This document shows positions 48,095-57,165 of a DNA stretch of 64,000 nucleotides, in pieces. The notes below the pieces were generated by a model. It was not told where the DNA came from. It did no database searches and saw only the letters and a program-made list of their open reading frames with translations. The DNA comes from an uncultured Actinomycetes bacterium (GTDB lineage Bacteria > Actinomycetota > UBA4738 > HRBIN12): contig OY969934.1 in NCBI GenBank assembly GCA_963704725.1, positions 2,400,001 through 2,464,000 of the forward strand, read 5' to 3'. Each line of letters begins with the position of its first letter. Within the stretch, counting starts at the first letter, position 1. The position numbers and the translations under genes are program-made.

Positions 48095-48304
48095 TCAGGC
48101 GGTCGGCGCGAGGTCCAGGAAGTACCTGACGGCGCGGACGTTGCGGATCGCGAGGGGGATCCGGTTTGCGCGCAGGCTGTCGCGGAGCTGGTAGATGACC
48201 CGGCAGACGTCGTACGCGGTCACGGCCACGCTCCCCGGCCAGATGCGGCGGGCGAGCTCGGCGGAGGCGACGGGCTCACCGGGCTCGTCCACGAGGGCGA
48301 GCAT
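48095..48304 (-). CDS. Orphan OmpR-type winged-helix domain (possibly a remnant)
   Basis: PGEPVASAELARRIW, VIYQLRDSL, IRNVRAVRY; RBS GAGGGAGG. Confidence 0.6.
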   Translation of the reverse strand: MLALVDEPGEPVASAELARRIWPGSVAVTAYDVCRVIYQLRDSLRANRIPLAIRNVRAVRYFLDLAPTA

Positions 48305-48320
48305 CGCGCCTCCCTCTGCC

Positions 48321-48755
48321 TCAGACGCCGGGGTCGAGATGGCCCAGCCAGTCGGCCAGAGCCTCGACGCCCTGGCGTTGCGTCTCGCCGCCGCCGAGTC
48401 GGCCGAGCACACCCGTCCCGTCCATCATCATCAGCTTGAGACGGTCGCCGCCCGTCGTGCGAAGGATCAGCGTGGCCGAGGTCGCGTTCACGATGGCCGA
48501 GGCCAGGTTCGTCCCGCCGGCGTCACCGGCGCGAGCGGACGCGACCTGTTCGGGCGCGATCGAGATGACGTCCCCACTCGGGCGGCCGCGGCGGTCGAGG
48601 GGCTGCACGAGGAGCCGACGGTCGGTGACGCCGATCGCGACGGCCCGCCCCTTGAACGTGCTGTGCTGGGTGGCGGCGCAGATGCCGCGCAGCTCCTCGC
48701 CCTCCTCCAGATGCGTTTCGAGGTGGGATCGGTGGGTGGAAGCGAAGTCGGCCAC
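48321..48755 (-). CDS. Hypothetical protein (PH-like fold suspected)
   Basis: LEEGEELRG, IGVTDRRLLV; leaderless TACAGT-N6-GTG. Confidence 0.7.
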   Translation of the reverse strand: MADFASTHRSHLETHLEEGEELRGICAATQHSTFKGRAVAIGVTDRRLLVQPLDRRGRPSGDVISIAPEQVASARAGDAGGTNLASAIVNATSATLILRTTGGDRLKLMMMDGTGVLGRLGGGETQRQGVEALADWLGHLDPGV

Positions 48756-48794
48756 GGGCGGACTGTAGCCGGAACGCGCCCAGGGTGTTCCTTG

Positions 48795-49565
48795 CTAGGC
48801 GCGGATCACGACGGGCGTGCCGAGCGGGACGTCCAGGAGCGCGCCGAGCTCGCCGTTGTAGACGCGGACGCAGCCGTGCGAGACGGCCCGACCGCGATCG
48901 CTCGGATTCGCGGTTCCGTGCACGGCCATCCGGCCCTCGCCCGGCCACTCCGACAGGACGGGCGAGAACCCCGAGAGCCCGAGCGCCGCCGCGCCGTACG
49001 GCCCGCCGGGATCGTCGTAGGCGACCTTCACCCAGACGTAGAAGCGACCGGTCCCCGTGGGCGTGGCCGGCGAGCCCACCGCGACGCTGAACCGGTCGAC
49101 GAGCCGTTCGCCGACGAAGTGCCACAGCAGCCGCCGGGACAGGTCGACGACGATGCGTTCGGTCCGCCGCCGCACCTCGACGTCGCCGGCGCGGACCCAC
49201 GCGCTCGTCCCGTTGGGGCGGACCGGCAGGAGGACCCGGTACCACGCCGACCCGTCGAGCGTTCCCGCCCGATCGACCAGCAACGGGGCGAGCTGTCCCT
49301 TCGGGTTCCGCGTGTCCAGGCGGAAGTCGGCCGGTCCGCCGAGCGACGGCTCGTGCCACATCGGGACGAGACGCTCGCGCGGCACGGCGACCGTGTCGCC
49401 CTCCAGCCGGAGCCGTTCGAAGCGGGGGGGCGGGAACGTCTCAGGGCTCTCTCGAGCGGGCGCGGCCGCCGACGACGTCGCCCCCGCGCGAACCGGATCG
49501 TGGTCCGCCGGCGAACAGGCCGCGAGGACGAGGACCGCGGCGAGGAAGGTGGGAAGGCGCCGCAT
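48795..49565 (-). CDS. L,D-transpeptidase (YkuD) lipoprotein
   Basis: Lipobox LAAC; VAVG..TPTGTG, AVHGT, SHGCVRV. Confidence 0.9.
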   Translation of the reverse strand: MRRLPTFLAAVLVLAACSPADHDPVRAGATSSAAAPARESPETFPPPRFERLRLEGDTVAVPRERLVPMWHEPSLGGPADFRLDTRNPKGQLAPLLVDRAGTLDGSAWYRVLLPVRPNGTSAWVRAGDVEVRRRTERIVVDLSRRLLWHFVGERLVDRFSVAVGSPATPTGTGRFYVWVKVAYDDPGGPYGAAALGLSGFSPVLSEWPGEGRMAVHGTANPSDRGRAVSHGCVRVYNGELGALLDVPLGTPVVIRA

Positions 49566-49606
49566 CACGACGGCGATCATCCCACGCCGCCCGCGACCGC
49601 GGGGCG

Positions 49607-50151
49607 TCAGAACGACGTGAGGGCGATCTCGGCCTTAGTGTTGACCCGCCGGAGCTCGACCATCGCCTGGAGCCGGTCGAGCTTGGCCTGCTCCTCAGCG
49701 CCGAGCGCCGCACGGAGCTCGTTCAGGGCGCGCATCTGGTCGGCCGCCTCGGCCTCGCGGCCCGCGACCTCGCGCTCCCAGAGCACGGCGTCGCGCATCG
49801 GCGCGACGAGGATCACGATCGCCTCGTACACGTAGAACCTCGTGAGGAAGTTCCAGTAGGTGACGCCGCTGGCCCACGCCGTGATGTGCTGACCGAGCTC
49901 GACGCCCCCCCACGCCGTCGCGGCGGCGGCCGCCATCAGCGTGCCGACCCACCGCCCGCGGGCGTACGTCACGAGCCCGATCGGCACGAGGTAGAAGATG
50001 CCCACCGCGAAGGCTCCCGAGACGGCGTCGATCAGCCCGATCAGGGCCATCAGCAACAGCCCGAAGATCACGACGAACGGCGGCGAGAACGTGTCGAGGA
50101 ATCGCTCGAGGGCCGAGATCAACGTGTAACCGAGGTGGCTGTCGTCCACCA
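49607..50151 (-). CDS. DUF4118-like membrane sensor with coiled-coil tail and no output domain
   Basis: LIDAVSG, IFYLVPI, YWNFLTRF; 4 TM segments, then EREVAGRE coiled coil. Confidence 0.65.
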
Positions 50152-50373
50152 TCCGGCGGAGGCGGGACGGGGGTCGACGCAGGTTCCGAGACATGGGGCT
50201 CCTTCCGTCACCCGTCCGGTCGGCACGGCCCCCGATCGGTTCAGAACGCGGGCGCGGAAACGAGCGGAAACCCACCGCCCCTGCGGGTTCTCCGTACCGA
50301 GGACCGGGTGCTCCCCGGGCCGCGATGTCGTCCCGCCGTCCGCAGTGCAGTACCGTGCGGTCCGAAGCAGCCG

Positions 50374-50456
50374 GCGAGAGTGGCGGAACGGCAGACGCTC
50401 CGGATTTAGGATCCGGTGCCCGAAAGGGCGTGGGAGTTCGAGTCTCCCCTCTCGCA
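50374..50456 (+). tRNA. tRNA-Leu(TAG)
   Basis: Acceptor GCGAGAG/CTCTCGC, anticodon arm CCGGA-TTTAGGA-TCCGG, long variable arm GCCC-GAAA-GGGC, TTCGA T-loop. Confidence 0.96.
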
Positions 50457-50551
50457 CTATCTCTGACCTGCGGGGGTCCTCTTGTGGAGGGTGATCAAGC
50501 AGGGTCGAGAGGGGCCGTTCGCTGCCGCTCGAGCAGGTCTTCCCCGTCCGG

Positions 50552-50851
50552 ATGGTCGTCCTCGGTCTCTCCGGCTACGTCTCGGCGACGACGTGGCTCG
50601 TCGACCTCGAGCTCAGGATGTTCGACGCGTACGACGCGTACCGAGTCCAGCGGGGATGGGTCGAGCGGGCGCCGATCAAGACGATGTCGCGATCGACACG
50701 CCGAGCCCTTCCCGAACGGCTCGACCGGCCGGCACACCCTCGCCGTCCGGGTCGCCTGAGCCGCCTCGATCGGCGCGAGAACGGCCGGAGGCACCCCGGT
50801 GCTGGGGGGCCGCTGGACCCTGTCCTCCACGCGGCGCACGCACGAGACTGA
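50552..50851 (+). other. Possible short hypothetical ORF or gene remnant
   Basis: First half reads protein-like (LVDLELRMFDAYD), second half is low complexity. Confidence 0.25.
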
Positions 50852-50901
50852 GCCTGGTCTGCCGGATCCGATGTGCCCTCCGCCCGAGGAGGTCGGTGAG
50901 G

Positions 50902-51945
50902 GTGCGAAGGACGATCGCGCTCGCCGTCACCGTCGTGATCCTCTCCGCCTGCACCGGCGGGACCGAACGCTCGGGCGGGCTGTCCCAACCGCGCGAACTC
51001 CAGGATGGCATCACGTTCACCAGCGGGTGGTGGTCCGAAGCGCTCCACGGACCGGACGCCGTGGAGGCGATGACGAACCTCGCGGACACCCGCGCCGGAT
51101 GGGTCGCCATCGTCATCAACTGGTTCCAGGGCCGGGTCGCCGCGACGGACATCCGCCCCCTGAAGAACATGACCCCACCCGACGTGGATGTCGCGCGCAT
51201 GATCCGGCTCGCCCACGAGCTCGGGCTGACGGTGATGCTGAAGCCGCATGTCGACCTCGTGCGCAAGTACTGGAACAAGCCGAAGATCGGGACGACCTGG
51301 GGGGACGACCCCGACGCCAGGGACGCCTGGTTCGCGAGCTACGAGGCGTTCATCTTCCACTACGCCGACATCGCCGAGGCCGAGGGCGTCGAGGAGTTCG
51401 CGGTCGGCACCGAGCTCGCCGGCACCACCGGGCAGACGGACCGCTGGCGCGAGGTCGTCCACGGCGTCCGGGATCGCTTCTCGGGGACGCTCACCTACGC
51501 CGCGTTGTTCACCGGCGAGGAATCCGCCATCCGTTGGTGGGACGCCGTGGACCTGATCGGCGTCGACGCGTACTGGCAGATGACCGACGAGGACGACCCG
51601 ACGGTGGAGGAGCTGAAGGATTCCTGGACGCCGGTCCTCCAGCAGATGGCCGAGCTCTCCGAACGATGGGACGACAAGCCCATCCTGTTCACGGAGATCG
51701 GATACCGGAGCCTCGACGGTGGCAACCAGAACCTCTGGGCGCCCTGGATGTTGGATCGACCGCTGGATCTACAGGAGCAGGCAGACTGCTACCTGGCCGC
51801 GTTCGAGTCGGTCTGGGACGAGCCGTGGTTCGCGGGGATGTACTGGTGGGACTGGAGCGCCGACCCGAAGGTGGGTGGCTCCCGGGATGGTGGCTTCACC
51901 CCCTTCGGGAAGCCGGCCGAGGAAGTGCTCCGCTCCTGGTACTGA
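50902..51945 (+). CDS. Glycoside hydrolase family 113 (beta-mannanase-like) lipoprotein
   Basis: Lipobox LSAC; VMLKPHV, VGTEL, IGVDAY, FTEIGYRS, GFTPFGKPAE. Confidence 0.85.
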   Translation: MRRTIALAVTVVILSACTGGTERSGGLSQPRELQDGITFTSGWWSEALHGPDAVEAMTNLADTRAGWVAIVINWFQGRVAATDIRPLKNMTPPDVDVARMIRLAHELGLTVMLKPHVDLVRKYWNKPKIGTTWGDDPDARDAWFASYEAFIFHYADIAEAEGVEEFAVGTELAGTTGQTDRWREVVHGVRDRFSGTLTYAALFTGEESAIRWWDAVDLIGVDAYWQMTDEDDPTVEELKDSWTPVLQQMAELSERWDDKPILFTEIGYRSLDGGNQNLWAPWMLDRPLDLQEQADCYLAAFESVWDEPWFAGMYWWDWSADPKVGGSRDGGFTPFGKPAEEVLRSWY

Positions 51946-52119
51946 GCGGGCGCTAACCTTCGTTTGCCACCTCCCCTTGGGGCAGGACTCTACGGAGCAC
52001 GGACAGAGGAGCGCACCTCGCTCGGGAGCCACCACCGTTTGGACGAACGGCTGAAACGCGAGTCGTCCCCCGCGCTGCGTGCTGGCGGGACGCATCCGAG
52101 GCGTGCCACACTCCGCGCC

Positions 52120-54234
52120 ATGTCGATCCGCCGGGCCGCCGTCGCGCTGGTTCTGCTCGCCTCCGTGGTGACGCCCGTCTCCGTCCCCGGGGCGAGCGCG
52201 GCGCCACCCGAGACATCGGCCGCGCTCGCGGTGCCCGCCGGGTTCACGGACGCGCTCGTCGTGCCGGTGACGGCGCCGACGGCGTTCGCCTTCCATCCGG
52301 ACGGGCGGATGTTCGTCACGACACAGACCGGCCAGGTCCGCATCGTTCGGGACGGTGCGCTGGTGCCCACGCCGGCCCTGAACCTGAGCGGTGTCCTGTG
52401 CGGCGACTCCGAGCGCGGGCTGCTCGGCATCGCCCTAGACCCCGACGTGAGCACGAACGGGTTCGTCTACCTTTTCTACACGTTCAAGAAGTTCGGGACC
52501 TGCGTGACGAACTCGCCGAACTCCCCCGTCAACCGCGTCTCGCGCTTCACGCTCACCGGCGACACGATCGACCCGGCGAGCGAGCTCGTCCTCGTCGACG
52601 GGATGCCTTCGCCGAACGGCAACCACAACGCCGGCGACGTTCACGTCGGCAACGACGGCAATCTCTACATCTCGATCGGCGACGGCGGTTGCGACTACGC
52701 CGGCAACAGCGGGTGCGCCGGGGCCAACGACGCGGCGCGCGACCTGAACACGCTCACCGGCAAGATCGTGCGCGTCACCAGGACCGGCGGTATCCCCGCG
52801 GGCAACCCGTTCACCGGACCCGGCACCGCGCGGTGCAACACCGGCTCGACCACGCCGGGGACGACCTGCCAGGAGATCTTCGCCACCGGGCTCCGCAACC
52901 CGTTCCGCCTGGCGTTCGACCCGAACACGACGTCCACCGCGTTCCGCATCAACGACGTGGGACAGGGGACCTGGGAGGAGATCGACGCGGGAATCGCCGG
53001 CGCCGACTACGGGTGGAACGTTCGCGAGGGGCACTGCGCGAACGGCTCGACGACCAACTGCGGACCCCCGCCGGCCGGCATGACGAACCCGATCTTCGAC
53101 TACGACCACTCGGGCGGGTGCGCCTCGATCACCGGCGGCGCCTTCATCCCGGCCGGCGTGTGGCCGGCGAGCTACGGCGGCGACTACCTGTTCAGCGACT
53201 ACGTCTGCGGGACCATCTTCCGGCTCGAGCCCGACGGTGCCGGCGGCTTCGTCCGCACGACGTTCACCACCGCGCTCGGCGCGAACAGCGCCGTGGAGCT
53301 CGGCTTCGGTCCATTCGGCACCACGCAGGCGCTCTACTACACGAGCTACGCAGGCGGTGGCCAGGTTCGGCGCATCTCGTTCGGCGTGCCGGTCGCGTCG
53401 TTCACGGCGACGCCGTCGAGCGGGCCGGCGCCGCTCACCGTGACGTTCGATGGTTCGGCGAGCAACGACCCGGACGGCCAGCCGCTGACGTTCGAGTGGG
53501 CGTTCGGCGACGGCGGCACCTCGACGACGGGTCCCACCGTCCAGCACACCTACACCTCGGCGGGTTCCTTCACCGCCTCGCTCGTCGTGCGGGACGCCTC
53601 GAACAACGCGTCCCCGCCGGCCACCCGGACGATCGACGTCACCGCGACCGGCAACACGCCGCCGGTGCCCGTGATCCAGTCGCCCGCGGCCGGCTCGACG
53701 TTCGCCGTGGGCCAGCAGGTCACCCTCACCGGCAGGGCCACCGACGCACAGGACAAGAAGCTCCCCGCTTCCCGGCTGTCGTGGCAGGTCCTGCTCCACC
53801 ACGTGCCGGTCGGAGGAACGGAGCACACCCACCCGCTGGCCTCCGGGACCGGGGTGTCGCTCACGTTCGCCTTCCCGGCGCCCGAGGACCTCGACGCGAC
53901 GCAGGGCAGCTGGGTCGAGGCGATCCTGCAGGCCACGGACTCGGCGGGCGCCTCGGCGAGCGTGACGCGCCGGCTGGACCCCGTTCGCGTGGCCGTCACG
54001 CTGGCCACGACGCCGCCCGGCCTTCAGGTGACGCTCGCGACCCCGAGCGACCTCACCCGAACGCTGGTCGGCCCGGGCACGGTCACTTCATGGCAGGGCT
54101 GGGTGCTCACGATCGGCGCCCCTTCGCCCCAGGGCAACCGGCGCTTCCGGTCGTGGTCGGACGGCGGCGCGCAGACGCACACGGTCGTAACCCCGGCGTC
54201 GGCGACCACCTACACGGCGTCGTTCGGCAAGTGA
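52120..54234 (+). CDS. Secreted PQQ-dependent glucose/sorbosone dehydrogenase with PKD domain
   Basis: Signal peptide; ERGLLGIA, NHNAG, LYISIGDGG, GLRNPFR, DYGW; PKD motif WAFGDG. Confidence 0.88.
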   Translation: MSIRRAAVALVLLASVVTPVSVPGASAAPPETSAALAVPAGFTDALVVPVTAPTAFAFHPDGRMFVTTQTGQVRIVRDGALVPTPALNLSGVLCGDSERGLLGIALDPDVSTNGFVYLFYTFKKFGTCVTNSPNSPVNRVSRFTLTGDTIDPASELVLVDGMPSPNGNHNAGDVHVGNDGNLYISIGDGGCDYAGNSGCAGANDAARDLNTLTGKIVRVTRTGGIPAGNPFTGPGTARCNTGSTTPGTTCQEIFATGLRNPFRLAFDPNTTSTAFRINDVGQGTWEEIDAGIAGADYGWNVREGHCANGSTTNCGPPPAGMTNPIFDYDHSGGCASITGGAFIPAGVWPASYGGDYLFSDYVCGTIFRLEPDGAGGFVRTTFTTALGANSAVELGFGPFGTTQALYYTSYAGGGQVRRISFGVPVASFTATPSSGPAPLTVTFDGSASNDPDGQPLTFEWAFGDGGTSTTGPTVQHTYTSAGSFTASLVVRDASNNASPPATRTIDVTATGNTPPVPVIQSPAAGSTFAVGQQVTLTGRATDAQDKKLPASRLSWQVLLHHVPVGGTEHTHPLASGTGVSLTFAFPAPEDLDATQGSWVEAILQATDSAGASASVTRRLDPVRVAVTLATTPPGLQVTLATPSDLTRTLVGPGTVTSWQGWVLTIGAPSPQGNRRFRSWSDGGAQTHTVVTPASATTYTASFGK

Positions 54235-54980
54235 GCCCCGCGACCTCCCGTGATCTCCCGTACTACCGGCGCGACCTCGCGCTCATCCATCACCTCGGCT
54301 TCGGCTTCCACGCCCACGCCTGCGCCCCGGGGATCCTGGCGGTGCTCGAGCCGGTGCGCGAGCGGGACGGGATCGTCCTCGAGCTCGGCTGCGGCAGCGG
54401 TCTGCTCACCCGGCACCTGCTCGACGCGGGGCACCGCGTCGTCGCCACCGACGCCTCGCCGGCCATGCTCGATCTCGCTCGCGACGTGGCCGGCGACGCC
54501 GAGGAGATCCGCGAGCTCGTGCTCCCCGACGACTCGATCCCGGAGGCGGACGCCATCGTCTCGGTCGGCCATGTGCTGAGCTACCTACCCGACGACGAGG
54601 CGGTCGACCGCGGGCTCGTGGCGATCGCGAACGCGCTCCGCCCCGGGGGGGTCCTCGCGCTGGATCTGTGCGATCTCGAGTGGGGCCAGGCTCGCCACGG
54701 CGCGCCGAGCGCGGGGTGGGTGGGCGACGGCTGGGCCATCGTCACCGAGTTCGACGTCCCCTCACCCGACCGGTCCGTTCGGCAGATGGCGACCTTCGTC
54801 CGTACCGACGATGGCTCGTGGCGGCGGGACGACGAACGACACGAGAACGTGCTGATCGACACGGCACGCGTTCCCGCCCTGCTGGCCAAGCACGGCGTCG
54901 AGGCCACCGTGCGGCGGTCGTTCGGGACCGAGGAGCTCCCGGCGGGGCTCCACGCGATCGTCGGGCGTCGACCCGCGTAG
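54231..54980 (+). CDS. Class I SAM-dependent methyltransferase
   Basis: VLELGCGSG, DASPAML, LRPGGVL; GTGA overlap with upstream gene. Confidence 0.88.
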   Translation: MSPATSRDLPYYRRDLALIHHLGFGFHAHACAPGILAVLEPVRERDGIVLELGCGSGLLTRHLLDAGHRVVATDASPAMLDLARDVAGDAEEIRELVLPDDSIPEADAIVSVGHVLSYLPDDEAVDRGLVAIANALRPGGVLALDLCDLEWGQARHGAPSAGWVGDGWAIVTEFDVPSPDRSVRQMATFVRTDDGSWRRDDERHENVLIDTARVPALLAKHGVEATVRRSFGTEELPAGLHAIVGRRPA

Positions 54981-55008
54981 GGGGCCGGCCCCGTTCGGGC
55001 CGGCCCCC
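54980..55008. terminator. Perfect 12-bp hairpin between convergent genes
   Basis: GGGGGCCGGCCC-CGTTC-GGGCCGGCCCCC. Confidence 0.7.
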
Positions 55009-55027
55009 GGATCGATCTCCCCGAGCC

Positions 55028-56950
55028 TCAGGGCGCGGAGAGCCGCGACACGCGCGTCGACCAGTTGGCGAGCGCGCTGCGGGTGCCGCCGCAGCTCGTG
55101 TCCGCCGCGTACTGCTCGAGGGTGCACGTCTGGCCGATCCACTCCGACGCGATCCAGATCGTGCCCCCGTCCGTGGTCGCCGCTCCATAGTCGCCCCAGC
55201 GAGGACGGCCACCCCCGATGAAGTACTCGGTGAAACCGTCCTGCGGGCCGACCCCGACACCGGCCACGTGGATGGCGCTGGTGCCGCCCTTGGCCGCGAT
55301 CTGCACGTACGCGGCGGTCGGGTAGAAGTCCTCGCCCGTGAGCGTGAACGCCATGTACCCACGGCCGTTCGGCGGCGTGGCGATCGCCGGGTAAGACACA
55401 CTGCCGTTCTCCACGGCGACGTATCCCTGGTTCGACAGCGGGGCCGACAGCGCTCCGCCCTTGCCGAACCTCGGCGCGAAGACGAACCAGGCGATCCCCG
55501 CCCGGGTCTCGCCGCCGACGTTCACGATCGTGTCGAGCGCCGCGAACAGCTTGCCGGCGGCGAACCACGTCTGCTGCATCCGGCTGTCGTTGCTGTTGAG
55601 GGGGCCCTCCACCTGCGGGGTGGGCGGCGGCCCGAACCCGAAGCAGTCCAGGTTCAGGCAGTCGGCGAGCGGGACGTCGCCCGCCTTCTGCACCGAGAGC
55701 GGAGGGATCCCGTACAGCTCGGTGCCCACCACCTTGTGCTGAAGGACGAGCGCCGGCGAGGCCGAGTCCAACGACGACGTGTTGGAGAGCGACCACACGG
55801 TCACCGAGGTCGCGAACCCGTCCGCGTCGTGGGACTCGTCTCTCGTCGACATCGAGGACGCGAAGAACTCGGTACCGCCCTGCAGATGGGAGTACAGGCC
55901 CGGAGCGTTGGCCGGCCACACGGTGAACCCAGGCTGCCCGGCCTCCGGGATCTCCAGGTTCTCGAGCAGCACGACCGTGATCGAGGCCGCACCGGCCACC
56001 AGCGCCGACTTGCTGATCGCGTAGAGCTGGGCCGCCGTGTACGGCTGTGAGTTCGACAGGAACGAGTACTCGTTCGTCGTGGCGTAGAAGCCGTTCCCGT
56101 CGATCCCGATGTGCGGGTAGTCCCCGATGCACGGTCCCTCACCGGTGTCGTCCGGCCCGAGGCAGTGGTGGTTGGGCGTTCCCTGGGTCCCGTCGTTCTG
56201 GACCGGGATCGTGTACAGGTTCCAGGCCCCGAGCGGATCGGCGGTCTGGCTAACGGCGAGGTCCAGGTGGTTCGGACCGAGGAAGGCCCCCGACACCGGA
56301 TCCACGTCGAGCGTGAGCACGAGGTGGAACCAGCGATCGGTCGTCAGGTCGAACAGGCAGCTCGGGTCGGTGAGGAACGGCCCCGAGATCCCGGTGGTCC
56401 GGTCGATCGACGGTGGGTAGCCGTAGAACGCGTTGAGCGCGACCGGCCCCGTCAGGGAGTTCCCGGACGTGTCGGTGACCTCGAGCACGTCGTTGACCGT
56501 GTTCAGCACGAAACCGTTGCCGGCACACAGCCCTTGGTCAGGCGGCTCGAGGCTGAACTGGTTCCCGTTGCTCGCGAACCGGTTCTGGAAGTGGTTGAGG
56601 CCCTCGAACGACGTGAGGAGCCCGGGCGCCGCCCCGTCGACCGGCGTCCCGGAGACGACCGGCGGCGACACCGGTGCCCGCGCAGGTCTCGAGCTCGACT
56701 CCAGCCGCGACAGATGGCGCAGGGCCTGGGCGCGGTCCGGTTCCCCGCCCGAGCCACCCGGGAACTCGGGGAGCTCGACCCCGCTGACCCGGATCGCGCC
56801 GGCGGCGGGCGTCGTGGTTCCGCGATTCACGATCGTGAGCGTCTGGGTGTCGGCGCCGGCCGTCGAGACGATCCCGACCGAGATGGCCGTCGGGATGCCG
56901 GCGACCAACGCCATGGCCGCGAGCGACGACAACAGCTTCCTTCGGTGCAT
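55028..56950 (-). CDS. Secreted uncharacterised beta-rich protein
   Basis: Signal peptide; EPPDQGLC, TDPSC, GDYPHIG, RWGDYG motifs; strong codon bias. Confidence 0.8.
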   Translation of the reverse strand: MHRRKLLSSLAAMALVAGIPTAISVGIVSTAGADTQTLTIVNRGTTTPAAGAIRVSGVELPEFPGGSGGEPDRAQALRHLSRLESSSRPARAPVSPPVVSGTPVDGAAPGLLTSFEGLNHFQNRFASNGNQFSLEPPDQGLCAGNGFVLNTVNDVLEVTDTSGNSLTGPVALNAFYGYPPSIDRTTGISGPFLTDPSCLFDLTTDRWFHLVLTLDVDPVSGAFLGPNHLDLAVSQTADPLGAWNLYTIPVQNDGTQGTPNHHCLGPDDTGEGPCIGDYPHIGIDGNGFYATTNEYSFLSNSQPYTAAQLYAISKSALVAGAASITVVLLENLEIPEAGQPGFTVWPANAPGLYSHLQGGTEFFASSMSTRDESHDADGFATSVTVWSLSNTSSLDSASPALVLQHKVVGTELYGIPPLSVQKAGDVPLADCLNLDCFGFGPPPTPQVEGPLNSNDSRMQQTWFAAGKLFAALDTIVNVGGETRAGIAWFVFAPRFGKGGALSAPLSNQGYVAVENGSVSYPAIATPPNGRGYMAFTLTGEDFYPTAAYVQIAAKGGTSAIHVAGVGVGPQDGFTEYFIGGGRPRWGDYGAATTDGGTIWIASEWIGQTCTLEQYAADTSCGGTRSALANWSTRVSRLSAP

Positions 56951-57165
56951 GAAGATCCCCCTTCTTCGACTGCGTTGGCACGAAGGCGTCCGCCACAGGC
57001 GCGGCCGTGCATCCCCCCTTCCTCACGCCTGGATCCCGAGCGGGATCCGTCCATCGCCGGCGGACCCGAAGGCACGGCACAGCCTATGCCAGCAAGGAGT
57101 ACGGGCGGCACGCGTCATCCGACGTAGAGGGGCCGCGGCTGAGGGAACCGAAGTCGACCGGCCGT

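Noticed and set aside
33727-50373. Prophage, ICE or IS element call
   Set aside because: No integrase, transposase, relaxase, phage genes or second att copy found in the window
52398-54230. N-terminal ~610 aa of the 860-aa ORF
   Set aside because: Shadow frame of the PQQ dehydrogenase; the methyltransferase starts at GTG 54231
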